From: Mobula hypostoma
Lineage: Eukaryota
DNA length: 64,000 bases
Direction of reading: 5' to 3'
NCBI RefSeq assembly: GCF_963921235.1
Contig: NC_086097.1
Location: 211,794,001-211,858,000 of the forward strand
Below, one piece after another: positions 13,038 to 26,125 of the stretch. Within the stretch, counting starts at the first letter, position 1. Each line of letters begins with the position of its first letter. The notes below the pieces were generated by a model. The model worked only from the letters and a program-made list of their open reading frames with translations, made no database searches and had not been told where the DNA came from. The translations under genes and the position numbers were made by a program.

Positions 13038-16000
13038 AGAGTCTTTCAAATATTTGGGCATCATTATGCCAAAAGATTTGGCAAAATTATCAGAATGCAA
13101 TTATCAGCCTATATATAAAAAAATTAAGGAAGATATAACAAGATGGAACCTAATTCCTTTTTTTAGTCTCAGTTCAAGGATTGAATCTATTAAAATGAAT
13201 ATACTGCCCAGACTATTATATCTCTTTCACACCCTACCAATAGAGATTACTCAAAATCAATTTAATGAATGGAATAAAATGTTATCAAGATATATATGGC
13301 AAGGTAAAAGACCTAGAGTTCATCTCAAAGCTTTGCAATTAGCCAAGGAAAAGGGGGGATGGAGCCTACCTTCTCTTAGAGGTTATAATTTTGCAGCACA
13401 GTTGAGAGTTGTGACATGTTGGTGCAACCCATCATATGATGCTCAATGGAAAAACATTGAGGAGAGGATACTTTCCATCCCCATACAGGCAATTTTAGCT
13501 GATAACAACCTACAAAGGTACATAAATACTACTGATAACCCATGGGTGAAATGGACTCTTAAAATATGGAAAACTATACTAGAGGGAGATATTGCAATCC
13601 TTCAATGGTGTGCATATAACTCAGATTTTACACCGAATAAACTGGATACTAGATTTAAGGACTGGACAGCTAATGGAATAACAGTTCTTTGCAATATGAT
13701 GAAAGAAGGAACACTGTTCAGTTTTGAAATGCTCAAAGAGAAACACTTATTAGAAAAACAAGACTTTTACCAGTATTTACAGATGCGACAGTATGTTAAT
13801 AAGACGGTTAAAATTGTAACCAAGGCAAGTACATGTTTGATAGAGCTATTTAGAAAAGCATATAATTCAGATAACGGTAGTAGAATCATTTCAAGCGTGT
13901 ATAAGGGTTTGTCAAATCTTAAAAAACATTCAACTTCATACATTAAAACGAAATGGGAGAAGGAAGGAGGGATCATAATATCTGAGGAAGACTGGACAAT
14001 AATATGGAGGTATCAATGGAAGTGCATCAGTTCACAGAAATGGAGGGAGTTCGGATGGAAAAACTTGATAAGATATTTTATTACACCCTCTCAGAAATCC
14101 CAGTAACCTCCCTGTTTTCTGGAGAAATTGTAGAAATCAAAATGCAAATCATCATATTTTCTGGGAATGCCCCATTATCAAAGACTATTGGAGTGGGATA
14201 CACAATGCCCGACAAGACATCTTTAAATGTGCAATACCCTTAGAAAGTACGACCATATATTTTGGGAATATACCTCAAGAATGGTTGAAAAGAGATAAAT
14301 ATTTAATGAATATACTGCTGATGGCTGGTAAGAAGACCCTTACTGGGAAAAGGTTATCACAGGAGAGCCCAACTTTAAACGCATGGATGGAAATTACAAT
14401 GGACATTTACAAAATGGAGAAGATAACAGCATCCGTTAATCATAAGTTGGAACAATTTGATTCATTCTGGGGAAAATGGTTTAACTACATAACACCTCAT
14501 AGACCTGATCTTATTCTCACAAATCAATGAATATGTTGTAAAAAAAAGTCACTCCCTACTTGTACATAGTTTTCTCCTTTTGCTTGTTCTCTCTTTCCTC
14601 TCTTTTCTATAAGTGTATACCTCAGAATCCAGGATGGTTTGTTGCCTCCCGGGTGCCAGGGTCAAGGATGTCTCTGATCACTTGCATGACATTCTGAAGT
14701 GGGAGGGTGATCAGCCAGATGTCGTGGTGCACATCGGTACCAATGACATAGCAAGGAAGAGTGAGAAGGTCCTGGAGAGTGAGTATAGAGAGCTTGGTAG
14801 GAAGTTGAAAAGCAGGACCTCGAGGGTGGTAATCTCAGGATTGCTACCTGTGCCACGTACCAGTGAGGGTAGGAGTAGGATGCTCTGGAGGATGAACAAG
14901 TGGCTGAGGAACTGGTGTAGGGGGTAGGGTTTCAGATTTCAGGATAATTGGGACCTCTTCTGGGGCTGGTGGGACCTGTACAAGAGAGACGGGTTACACT
15001 TGAACTACAGGGGGACCAATATCCTTTCAGGGAGGTTTGTTAGTGCTATTGGGGAGGCTTTAAACTAGATTTGCAGGGCGCTGGGAACCAGAGTGCCAGA
15101 GCTGACAGTGTGGCTGGGGTGAAAATAAACGCTGTTAAAAGTTCAAGCAAATCCGCTAATAGAAAGGTTGTGAGTGGTGGTAAAAATCTTCTGAGGTGTA
15201 TATATTTCAATGCTAGGAGTATTGCGGGGAAGGCGGATGAGTTGAGGGCGTGGATTGGCACGTGGAATTATGACGTTATAGGAATTAGTGAAACTTGGCT
15301 ACAGGAGGGGCAGGACTGGCAGCTTAACATTCCAGGGTTCCGATGTTTCAGATGTGATCGAGGCAGAGGAATGAAAGGTGGGGGAGTAGCATTGCTTGTT
15401 AGGGAGAATATTACAGCAGTGCTCAGGCAGGACAGATTAGAGGGCTTGTCTACTGAGTCCTTATGGGTGGAGCTGAGAAACAGGAAAGGTATGGCCACAT
15501 TAGTGGGGTTGTGTTACAGACCACCCAATAGTCAGTGAGAATTGGAGGAGCAAATCTGCAGAGAGATAGCAGGCAACTGCAGGAAACATAAAGTTGGGGT
15601 GGTAGGGGATTTTAATTTTCCATATATTGATTGGGACTCCCATACTGTTAGGGGTCTAGATGGTTTAGAGTTTGTAAAATGTGTTCAGGAAAGCTTTCTA
15701 AATCAATATATAGAGGGACCAACTAGAGGGGATGCAATATTGGATCTCCTGTTAGGAAACGAGTTAGGACAAGTGACGGAAGTCTGTGTAGGGGAGCACT
15801 TTGGTTCCAGTGATCATAACACCATTAATTTCAACTTGTTCATGGACAAGGATAGATCTGGTCCTAGGGTTAAGGTTCTGAACTGGAAGAAGGCCAAATT
15901 TGAAGAAATGAGAAAGGATCTAAAAAGCGTGGATTGGGACAGGTTGTTCTCTGGCAGAGATGTGATTGGTAAGTGGGAAGCCTTCAAAGGAGAGATTTTG

Positions 16001-16733
16001 AGAGTGCAGAGTTTGTATGTTCCTGTCAGGATTAAAGGCAAAGTGCATAGGAATAAGGAACCTTGGTTCTCAAGGGATATTGCAACTCTGATAAAGAAGG
16101 AGAGGGAGTTGTATGAAATGTATGGGAAACAGGGAGTAAATCACGTGCTTGAGGAGTATAAGAAGTGCAAGAAAATACTTAAGAAAGAAATCAGGAGGGC
16201 TAAAAGAAGACATGAGGTTGCCTTGGCAGTCAAAGTGAAGGATAATCCAAAGAGCTTTTACAGGTATATTAAGAGCAAAAGGATTGTAAGGGATAAAACT
16301 GGTCCTCTTGAAGATCAGAGTGGTCAGCTATGTGCGGAACCAAAGGAAATGGGGGAGATCTTAAATAGGTTTTTTGCATCTGTATTTACTAAGGAAACTG
16401 GCATGAAGTCTATGGAATTAAGGGAATCAAGTAGTGAGATCATGGAAACTGTACAGATTGAAAAGGAGGAGGTGCTTGCTGTCTTAAGGACAATTGAAGT
16501 GGATAAATCCCCGGGACCTGACAGGGTGTTTCCTCGGACCTTGAAGGAGACTAGTGTTGAAATTGCGGGGGCCCTGGCAGAAATATTTAAAATGTCGCTG
16601 TCTACAGGTGAGGTGCCGGAGGATTGGAGAGTGGCTCATGTTGTTCTGTTGTTTAAAAAAGGATCGAAAAGTAATCCGGGAAATTATAGGCCGGTAAGTT
16701 TGACGTCGGTAGTAGGTAAGTTATTGAAGGGAG

Positions 16734-16970
16734 ACAACAGGAATTCTGCAGATGCTGGAAATTCAAGCAACACACATCAAAGTTGCTGGTGAACGCAGCA
16801 GGCCAGGCAGCATCTCTAGGAAGAGGTGCAGTCGACGTTTCAGGCCGAGACCCTTCGTCAGGACTTCGTGTAGTCCTGACGAAGGGTCTCGGCCTGAAAT
16901 GTCGACTGCACCTCTTCCTAGAGATGCTGCCTGGCCTGCTGCATTCACCAGCAACTTTGATGTGTGTTGT
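16734..16970. mobile_element. Penelope-derived fold-back insertion with two minimal hammerheads
   Basis: 98-bp arms 16768-16865 / 16872-16969 with 2 mismatches. Perfect 13-bp TSD TTATTGAAGGGAG at 16721-16733 and 16971-16983. Confidence 0.9.
16869..16910 (+). ncRNA. Minimal type I hammerhead ribozyme motif (PLE-type); mirror copy on the minus strand ~16827-16865
   Basis: Stem I TGTAGTC/GACTGCA, CTGACGA (16876-16882), stem II AGG/CCT, GAAA (16896-16899), then T-GTC. The minus-strand copy has intact GAAACGTC. Confidence 0.75.
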
Positions 16971-18459
16971 TTATTGAAGGGAGTACTAAGAGACAGAATC
17001 TACAAGCATTTGGATAGACAGGGACTTATTAGGGAGAGTCAACATGGCTTTGTGCGTGGCAGGTCATGTTTGACCAATCTATTGGAGTTTTTCGAGGAGG
17101 TTACCAGGAAAGTGGATGAAGGGAAGGCAGTGGATATTGTCTACATGGACTTCAGTAAGGCCTTTGACAAGGTCCCGCATGGGAGGTTAGTTAGGAAAAT
17201 TCAGTCGCTAGGTATACATGGAGAGGTGGTAAATTGGATTAGACATTGGCTCAATGGAAAAAGCCAAAGAGTGGTAGTAAAGAATTGCTTCTCAGAGTGG
17301 AGGCCTGTGACTAGTGGTGTGCCACAGGGATCAGTGCTGGGTCCATTGTTATTTGTCATCTATATCAATGATCTGGATGATAATATGGTAAATTGGATCA
17401 GCAAATTTGCTGATGATACAAAGATTGAAGGTGTAGTAGACAGTGAGGAAGGTTTTCAGAACCTGCAGAGGGACTTGGACCAGCTGGAAAAATGGGCTGA
17501 AAAATGGCAGATGGAGTTTAATACAGACAAGTGTGAGGTATTGCACGTTGGAAGGACAAACCAACGTAGAACATACAGGGTTAATGGTAAGGCACTGAGG
17601 AGTGCAATGGAACAGAAGGATCTGGGAATACAGATACAAAATTCCCTAAAAGTGGAGTCACAGGTAGATAGGGTCGTAAAGAGAGCTTTTGGTACATTGG
17701 CCTTTATTAATCAAAGTATTGAGTATAAGAGCTGAAATGTTATGATGAGGTTGTATAAAGCATTGGTGAGACCGAATCTGGAGTATTGTGTTCAGTTTTG
17801 GTCACCAAATTACAGGAAGGATATAAATAAGGTTGAAAGAGTGCAGAGAAGGTTTACAAGAATGTTGCCAGGACTTGAGAAACTCAGTTACAGAGAAAGG
17901 TTGAATAGGTTAGGACTTTATTCCCTGGAGCGTAGAAGAATGAGGGGAGATTTGATAGAGGTATATAAAATTATGATGGGTATAGATAGAGTGAATGCAA
18001 GCAGGCTTTTTCCACTGAGGCAAGGGGAGAAAAAAACCAGAGGACATGGGTTAAGGATGAGGGGGGAAAAGTTTAAAGGGAACATTAGGGGGGGCTTCTT
18101 CACACAGAGAGTGGTGGGAGTATGGAATGAGCTGCCAGACGTGGTGGTAAATGCGGGTTCTTTTTTAACATTTAAGAATAAATTGGACAGATACATGGAT
18201 GGGAGGTGTATGGAGGGATATGGTCCGTGTGCAGGTCAGTGGGACTAGGCAGAAAATGGTTCGGCACAGCCAAGAAGGGTCAAAAGGCCTGTTTCTGTGC
18301 TGTAGTTTCTATGGTTTCTATGGTTTTTCTATAAATATTATGTGGAGACTTGTGGCAAATATGACTATGTGATATATATGTACAATATCTGAAATACATC
18401 TCATGGAAAAGTTTGTTTGATGATGAACTTCAATAAAAAATAAATTACAACAAAAAGTC

Positions 18460-19050
18460 AGGTTGTTCTGTGCCAGCAGCACAGTGCAGGCATAACAAAT
18501 TATTGTAAGTTACAATATATATTAAAAAAATGTAGTGCAAAAGAGGAATAGTTCATGGACTGTTCAGAAATCTGATAGCAGAGGGGAAGAAACTGTTCCT
18601 AAAACATTGAGCTTGGGTCTTCAGGCTCCTGTACCTCCTCCCTTATGGTAGCAATGAGAAGAAGGCATGTCGCAGTTGGTGAGGTCCTTCACGATGGATG
18701 CCGCCTTTTTGTGGCACCGCCTTTGGAAGATGCCCTCAATGGTGGAGAGGCTTGTGCCTGTGATGGAGCTGTCTGAATCTACAACCTCCTAAAGCCTCTT
18801 GCAAACCAATGTATTGGTGCCTCCACACCAGATGGTGATGTAATCAGCCAGAATGCTCTCCACAGTACACCTGTAGAAATTTGCTAGTCTTTGGTGTCAT
18901 ACCAAAACCCCTCACATTCCTAATTAATTATAACTGCTTGTGCGCCTTCATTGTGATTGCATCAATATGTTGGGGTCAGGATAGATCCTCATGAGATTTT
19001 GATACCTAGGAACTTGAAAGTGCTCACCCTTTCTACCATTGATCCATCAA
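18460..19050 (-). mobile_element. Rex1/Babar 3' fragment; its AGAATCAGAATCAGG tail lies at ~9203-9224, on the other side of the L1
   Basis: Colinear with 22661-23100 (CAGAAATCTGATAGCAGAGGGGAAGAA...GGTAGCAATGAGAA), which carries the same tail directly attached. Confidence 0.7.
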
Positions 19051-19667
19051 TGTGTCTGGAGAGAGATCATGTAGAGGGGAAGGATTCTGATTCCTGGGTA
19101 TTGGAGGCTGGGCCAATATAAAATAGGTGGGTTATGTACAGTCAGGGGCAGGACTACTGGTGCTCTCTCGGAGGGTTTAAGTTAGATTGGCAGGGTAAAG
19201 GAACTTGAGCAGGGAGACAGAAAAAGGGAAAACAAGGTGAGAAATGAAAAACAGAAAAAGAAGTAGCAAATGTGGAAGACAGAGAGCAAAAAAGAAAGGC
19301 AAAAAGGGCCATACTGCATAAAAAAGAAAAGAAGACGAATAATATTAAAAAGACAAGTCTAACAGCCTTGCGCCTTAATGTGGTGGAGAACTTGCAACGA
19401 GGCAGATGAACTAGAAGTGGAAATAGACAGAAAAAGTTATAATATTATGGCTGTTATGGAGAAGTAACAATAGAGAACCAGGAATGGATATTTAAAGGGA
19501 AAAGGAGAAAGAAGGTGAGATGGCACTGTTTATAAAAAGGGAAATTAATGCAGAAGTGAGGAAAAATATTGATCTAGGAAATCACAAAGAATGCATACAT
19601 GATTACATCAATCATTCATTCCTGTCTGGCACAAAAATCTGGAAAGAGGTCTCAACCTCATTTATGA

Positions 19668-22165
19668 AGAGATAGCAGATATTTGTAGTAAGCACAAGGT
19701 TGTGATTGTGGGAGATTTTAATTTTCCACACATAGACTGGGAAGCCCACTCTGTTAAAGGTCTGGATGGGTTGGAGTTTGTCAAATGTGTGCAAGATAGT
19801 TCTTTGCAGCAATACATAGAGGTACCCACTAGAGAAGGGGCAGTGTTGGATCTCCTGTTAGGGAATGAGATAGGGCAGGTGATGGAGGTATGTGTTGGGG
19901 AGCACTTTGGGTCCAGTGATCACAATGCCATTAGTTTCAATATAATTATGGAGAAGGATAGAACTGGACCCAGGGTTGAGATTTTTGATTGGAGAAAGGC
20001 TAACTTTGAGGAGATGCGAAAGGATTTAGAAGGAGTGGATTGGGACAATTTGTTTTATGGGAAGGATGTAATAGAGAAATGGAGGTCACTGAAAGGTGAA
20101 ATTTTGAGGGTACAGGATCTTTATGTTCCTGTTAGGTTGAAAGGAAAGGTTAAAAATTTGAGAGAGCCATGGTTTTCAAGGGATATAGGAAACTTGGTTC
20201 AGAAAAGGGGAGGGATTTACAATAAATATAGACAGTTTGGAGTTAATGAGGTGCTTGAGGAATATAAAGAATGTAAAAAGAATCTTAAGAAAGAAATTAG
20301 AAAAGCTAAAAGAAGATACAAGGCAGCTTTAGAAAGTAAAGTGAAAATAAATCCAAAGGGTTTCTACAGTTATATAAATAGCAAAAGGATAGTGAGGGAT
20401 AAAATTGGTCCCTTAGAGAATCAGAGTGGATGGCTGTGTGAGGAGTCGAAAGAGATGGGGGAGATTTTGAACAATTTCTTTTCTTTGGTATTCACTAAGG
20501 AGAAGGATATTGAATTGTGTCAGGTAAAGGAAACAAGAAGGGTAGTTATGGAAAGTATGACGATTAAAGAAGAGGAAGTACTGGCATTTTTAAGGAATAT
20601 AAAAGTGGATAAGTCTCCGGGTCCGGACAAGATATTCCCGAGGACCTTGAGGGAAGTTAGTGTGGAAATAGCAGGGGCTCTGACAGAAATATTTCAAATG
20701 TCATTAGAAATGGAGATGGTGCCGAAGGATTGGCGTATTGCTCATGTGGTTCCATTGTTTAAAAGGGTTCTAAGAGTAAACTTAGCAATTATCGGCCTGT
20801 GATTTTGACATCAGTGGTGGGTAAATCGATGGAAAGTATTCTTAGAGATGGTATATATAATTATCTGGATAGACAGGGTCTGATTAGGAACAGTCAACAT
20901 GGATTTGTGTGACAAATCTTATTGAATTTTTTGATGAGATTACAAGGAAAGTTGATGAGGGTAAAGCAGTGGATGTTGTCTATATGGACTTCAGTAAGGC
21001 CTTTAACAAGGTTCCATATGGAAGGTTAATTAGGAAGGTTCAATCGTTAGGCATTAATATCGAAGTAGTAAAATGGATTCAGCAGTGGCTGGATGGGAAA
21101 TGCCAGAGAGTAGCAGTGGATAACTGTGTGTCAGATTGGAGGACGGTGTGTAGCTGTGTGCCTCAGGGATCTGTACTGGGTCCAATGTTGTTTGTCATAT
21201 ATATTAACGATCTGGATGATGGGGTGGTAAATTGGATTAGTAAGTATGCAGATGATACTAAGATAGGTAGTGTTGTGGATAATGAAGTAGGTTTTCAAAG
21301 CTTGCAGAGAGATTTAGGCCAGTTAGAAGAGTGGGCTGAAAGATGGCAGATGGAGTTTAATGCTGAAAAATGTGAGGTGCTACATTTTGGTAGGACTAAT
21401 CAAAATAGGACATACATGGTAAATGGTAGGGCATTGAAGAATGCTGTAGAACAGAGGGATCTGGGAATAATGGTGCATAGTTCCCTGAAGGTGGAATCTC
21501 ATGTGGATAGGGTGGTGAAGAAAGCTTTTGGTATGCTGGCCTTTATTAATCAGAGCATTGAGTATAGGAGTTGGGATGTAATGTTGAAATTGTACAAGGC
21601 ATTGGTAAGGCCAAATTTGGAGTATTGTGTACAGTTCTGTTCACCGAATTATAGGAAAGATGTCAATAAAATTGAAAGAGTACAGAGGAGGTTTACTAAA
21701 ATGTTGCCTGGGTTTCATCTCCTAAGTTACAGAGAAATGTTGAACAAGTTGGGTCTTTATTATTTGGAGTGTAGAAGGTTGAGAGGGGACTTGATAGAGC
21801 TGTTTAAAATTATGAGGGGGTTTGATAGAGTTGACGTGGATAGGCTTTTTCCATTGAGAGTGGGGGAGATTCAAACAAGAGGACATGAGTTGAGAGTTAA
21901 AAGGCAAAAGTTTAGGGGTAACATGAGGGGGAACTTCTTTACTCAGAGAGTGGTGGCTGTGTGGAACGAGCTTCCAGCAGAAGTGGTTGAGGCAGGTTCG
22001 ATGTTGTTGTTTAAAGTTAATTTGGATAGATATATGGACAGGAAGGGAATGGAGGGTTATGGACCAAGTGCAGGTCAGTGGGATTAGGTGAGAGTAGGAC
22101 TTCGGCATGGACTAGAAGGGCCGAGATGGCCTGTTTCCGTGCTGTAATTGTTATATGGTTATATG
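19668..22165 (+). mobile_element. CR1 LINE, 5'-truncated ORF2
   Basis: ORFs 19702-20802 and 20909-22087 with GDFN, SDH and YADD; (TTATATGG)n tail. Confidence 0.95.
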
Positions 22166-22660
22166 AAGGAAAGTTAGGATCATATTAGATCCAAAGAAGA
22201 ACTATATAAAATTGCCAGCAAAGGCAACAAGCCTCAGGATTGGGAGCAATTTGGAATTAGGTAAAGAAAGACCAAAAGATTGGTTCGGGGGGGAAGATAA
22301 GGCATAAGTCTGAAAGTAAACTTGCAGGGAGCATTAAAATGTATGAACATGTGATTGAAAAAATGTTAAATGAAGATAAGTGTAGGTCTCATATAGTCAG
22401 AGGAAAAATTGTAATCAAAAAGAAATGGCAGAGTAACTAATCACGTACTTTAGTTCTGTCTTCACAAAAAATAACACAAATATTCACCCAGATGTCATGG
22501 AAACAAGGGTCTAGAGTGAGAGAAACTGAAGGGAATTTATACTAATTAAGGAATAGTGCAAGGACATTAGTGTAGTAGAGACCTTTGGGACAGAAACAGG
22601 TCTTTCAGCCCACCATGTCAGTGGCAACCATCAAAAATTAATCTAAACTGAACCTTCTTC

Positions 22661-22766
22661 AGAATCGGAATCAGGTTTAATATCACTGGCATATATTGTG
22701 GAATTTGTTGGCTTTGGAGCAGCAGTACACGGCAATACATAATAATAGAAAAACACAAATTACAGT

Positions 22767-22822
<56 letters not shown>

Positions 22823-23100
22823 GTATATAGTAGTGAGCTTCAATGAGTTCAATGAGCATTTAGAAATCAGATGGCAGAGGGCAAGGAGCTGTTCCTGAAT
22901 CATTGACTATATGCCTCAGGCTTCTGTGCCTCCTTCCTGATGGTAGCAATGAGAACAAGGCAAGACCTGGGTGATAAGGGTCTTTAATTATAGATGCCCA
23001 CCTTTCTGAGGCATCGCTCCTTGAGATGTCCTTGATTCTATGAAGGCTATTGCCCATGATGGACTTGACTGAGTTTACAACTCTCTGCAGCTTATTTACA
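22661..23100 (-). mobile_element. Rex1/Babar 3' fragment
   Basis: ORF 22860-23150 (KLQRVVNS..IIKDPYHPGLALFSLLPSGRRHRSL); AGAATCGGAATCAGG tail. Confidence 0.8.
22769..22819. repeat. (CA)n microsatellite
   Basis: Uninterrupted AC dinucleotide run of about 50 bp. Confidence 0.98.
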
Positions 23101-23485
23101 TACTTACCAGCACTTGGTTCATAGCTTTCTATGCCTGGTGATTCAAGCACTCCTCCAGATACTTTATAAATGTTGTGAGAGTACTTTCCTTCACCACCTA
23201 ATTAGGCATTGCATTCTAAATTGAAGCTACCCTCTGGATGAAAAAAGAATTTCCTCAGATCCCCTTTAAACATTATTCTACTACCCAGTGCCTTCTCATA
23301 CATTCTTTTCAATGCAGAATTCTGATATTATCTGATCATTCTCTTCAGTACAATCACGTCCTTCTGTAGCTGCGATGACCAGAACAACACAGAATACTCC
23401 AGCTATGGCTTAAATAAAGGTTAATAAAGTTGTACCATGATCTTCTTGTTCTTATATTCTATGTTATGGCTTTTAATAAGGTCAT

Positions 23486-24083
23486 ACAATAGACAATAGA
23501 CAATAGATGCAGGAGTAGGCCATTCAGCCCTTTGAGCCAGCACCACCATTCACTGTGATCATGGCTGATCATGCACAATCAGTACCCTTTTCCTGCCTTC
23601 TCCCATATCCCTTCACTCCGCTGTCTTTAAGAGCTCTATCTAACTCTTTTTTGAAAGAATCCAGAGAATTGGCCTCCACTGCCTTCTGAGGCAGAGCATT
23701 CCACAGATCCATAACCCTCTGTGTGAAAAAGTTTTTCCTCAACTCCGTTCTAAATTGTCTACCCCTTATTCTTAAACTGTGGCCTCTGGTTCTGGACTCC
23801 CCCAACATCGGGAACATGTTTCCTGCCTCTAGCATGTCCAATCCCTTAATAATCTTATATGTTTCAATCAGATCCCCTCTCATCTTTCTAAATTCCAGTG
23901 TATACAACTCCAGTCGCTTCAATCTTTCAACATATGACAGTCCCGCCATCCCGGGAATTAACCTCGTGAACCTACGCTGCACTCCCTCAATAGCTAGAAT
24001 GTCCTTCCTCAAATTTGGAGACCAAAACTGTACGCAATACTCCAGGTGTGGTCTCACCAGGGCCCTGTACAACTGCAGAAGGA
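23486..24083 (-). mobile_element. CR1 3' fragment (same subfamily as 58918-60206)
   Basis: LYRALVRPHLEYCVQFWSP..RTRGHSLRI; (CAATAGA)n tail at 23487-23507. Confidence 0.92.
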
Positions 24084-25914
24084 AGTTAGCATGCAGAATT
24101 AAAGCAAATGGGACTGGGGGTAATGAATTGAGAATAGGTTGACAGACAGAAACAGAAATTGAAAATAAAGAAGTCATTTTCTGGGTGGCAGGCAGGACAA
24201 TGCAGTGCTGCTGGATTAGTGAGTCTTTAGGCCCCAGCCAGACACAATATTTATAAATGCATCGGAAGAGGGAACTTAACATCATAATTTCAAATTTGCA
24301 AACAACAACAAGCTGGAATAGGGTGGGGGATACATGCAATGAGGAGGATTCAAAGAAACTCCAGTGTGACTTAGTAAAGTTGGTTGAGTGGACAAATGCA
24401 TGTGTGGAGAAATGTAATGTTGTCTGCTTTGGTTCTAAAAACAATGAGAGGTTATTTCTGAATGGTGACAGATTTGGAATTTGAAGTGAAACATGGGGCC
24501 CAAGCACCAGCATCTGTAGTCCAGCTTATCTCAGACCTCTGCTTTTTACCACACACATCAGGGAAGTTGACACATAATGAGGTATTGATGGCTGAAAGCC
24601 TGCAGTTGACCTGATAGCTGCTGGCTATCAGACAACAGAAATTATGACAAGAATCAGCAAAAGAATCAAAGGCAACATGAGAAAACCTGTTCTTAGACAG
24701 TGAGTTGTTGTGATTTGGAGTACTCTGCCTGCAGGTCTGGTGGAGTTCGATTTAATATAACTTACATAGGGGAATTGGATATGAACTTGAATGGAAAATA
24801 TTTATAGAGCTGTGGGCAAAGAGTCTGAAGTGATCTACCTAAGAGGCAGCATTGACATGCGGGGTCAGATATTTCCTTTGGTGATTTGGTCGTCTAGAAA
24901 TTCTATCACATGGAGCTTTGTGAACAAATTTAATCAGAACACAGTTCTAAATATAATTGGTCATTTAATACAGAATTCCAAATTTTGCAATCGCAAATGG
25001 ACATCCCTCTTTCTGACTTCATATTTGAAGGAAAGATTTAATGAATCAAATTAAGCTGGTTGAATCTAAGTCACTCCCCTAAAAAATTCCTGCAGCTTTG
25101 TACTAGAGCCACAAGTATGTATTTCCTTTGAGTCTTTTATGACTCTCTTCATTCAGTCTTTTCTCTTTGATCCACATTGACTTAGGTTCAACCTTCTTTG
25201 CTCTACTGTGAATGACTGCAAGGAAACAAATCTCAGGGTAGTAAATGATGACAGATACAGTACGTACTTTGATAATAAATTTACTTTGAACTTTGGGCAT
25301 CCTTAATCAAATGCTGTTTTGATATCAGGGACATCCAGTCATATACAGTAAAATGCCCAGAAGAAACTACTTACTCTCCACACTCCATAACTGAGCATGT
25401 CTTTCTGGCCCTCACCACCCACAGGCTGTCTCCGCTGCAACACCCTCCTCATAAATTTTCTTGTAACCTGCAACCTCCCTGCATTCCTCCTCCAGCTCCT
25501 TTACTGCAGTGCCACAAATGAAAGGCCTGGTGTATAGCTGAAATTTGCAGGGTACCTACACTAAGATATCCACATCTCTCAACTTTAACAGTGCCTTTGA
25601 GGAACAGAACAATTTCCAGGATCATGATTTTACTTAATCCTACATCACCTGGATTCTCAAAAAAAAATTAGTCAGCCAGGCCATTTTCACCCCAAAACAC
25701 AGCACAATATGGAAAGGAGCAATAGACTGTTAGACAGAACTATGGTGACACCTCTAACAGTAAATCTGTTCAATGTGTCCTCTTGAAATCCATAATATAA
25801 CCATGCATGTAGGCTAATACAATGTTTGCTGAATTGCTGTAGACTTTAAATCAGGTTATTGTTTGGAGATTCAAAATTGAGCTATGTTATTAAATCCCTG
25901 TACATTATAGAATG

Positions 25915-26125
25915 TAGCCGACCAGGGTGTTGTAGCATCAGCACTGATCTTCGAGGCGATTAGTCCCGGATTTGAATCCAGCTGGCCCCTTGCACGCTTT
26001 CCATCCGTGCTGCTTTGAGCATTGAGCTAGCAACTCGGCCACATTAAAACAGACGAATGCTAAGGAAACACCAAAAGTGCTGCCTAATGTGCCACAAGCC
26101 GTGAAAAGGAACAGCAAAAGCAAAT
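25915..26125 (+). mobile_element. tRNA-headed SINE with RTE-derived body
   Basis: B-box-like GGATTTGAATCC. GAGCTAGCAACTC..TAAAACA..TGCTAAGGAAACA is shared with the RTE element at 3021-3450. Perfect 11-bp TSD ATTATAGAATG (25904-25914, 26126-26136). Confidence 0.8.

Larger units (their letters stand above)
10547..14530 (+). pseudogene. L1 ORF2p (APE endonuclease, RT, Cys-rich C-terminus), disrupted
   Basis: YTRIDYF..VSD; KSPGSDG; FRPISVLNVDYR; QTGF; SVDAEKVFDSV; GTRQGCAWSPLLF; YTDD; FKYLGI. Multiple stops and frameshifts. Confidence 0.9.
14627..18331 (+). mobile_element. Young CR1 LINE (ORF1 esterase end + nearly intact ORF2) inserted in the L1 3'UTR
   Basis: SGNH esterase at 14627-15060; APE domain (YFNARSI, SETWL, GDFN, SDH); RT (FADD); (TTTCTATGG)n tail. 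ORF2 is broken by TGA at 15536-15538 and 17733-17735 and by the 16734 insertion. Confidence 0.95.
9225..18456 (+). mobile_element. L1-clade LINE, near full length, interrupted by three insertions
   Basis: ORF1 and ORF2 remnants. 3'UTR to ~14626 resumes at ~18332, with AATAAA at 18432-18437 and an A-rich tail. Confidence 0.9.
19055..24500 (+). mobile_element. Old CR1 in three pieces (~19055-19590, ~22166-22570, ~24080-24500)
   Basis: Degenerate ORF1-end/endonuclease, linker and RT segments in the expected order (e.g. KKLQCDLVKLVEW..VEKCNVVCFG at 24257-24484). Confidence 0.55.

Noticed and set aside
16752..17735. 327-aa ORF with a novel N-terminus fused to RT
   Set aside because: The N-terminus is read through the inserted palindrome and joins CR1 RT by chance; the ORF ends at a nonsense mutation.
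23569..24513. 314-aa minus-strand ORF
   Set aside because: It is chimeric: the antisense of an old plus-strand CR1 joined at ~24080 to a minus-strand CR1 C-terminus.
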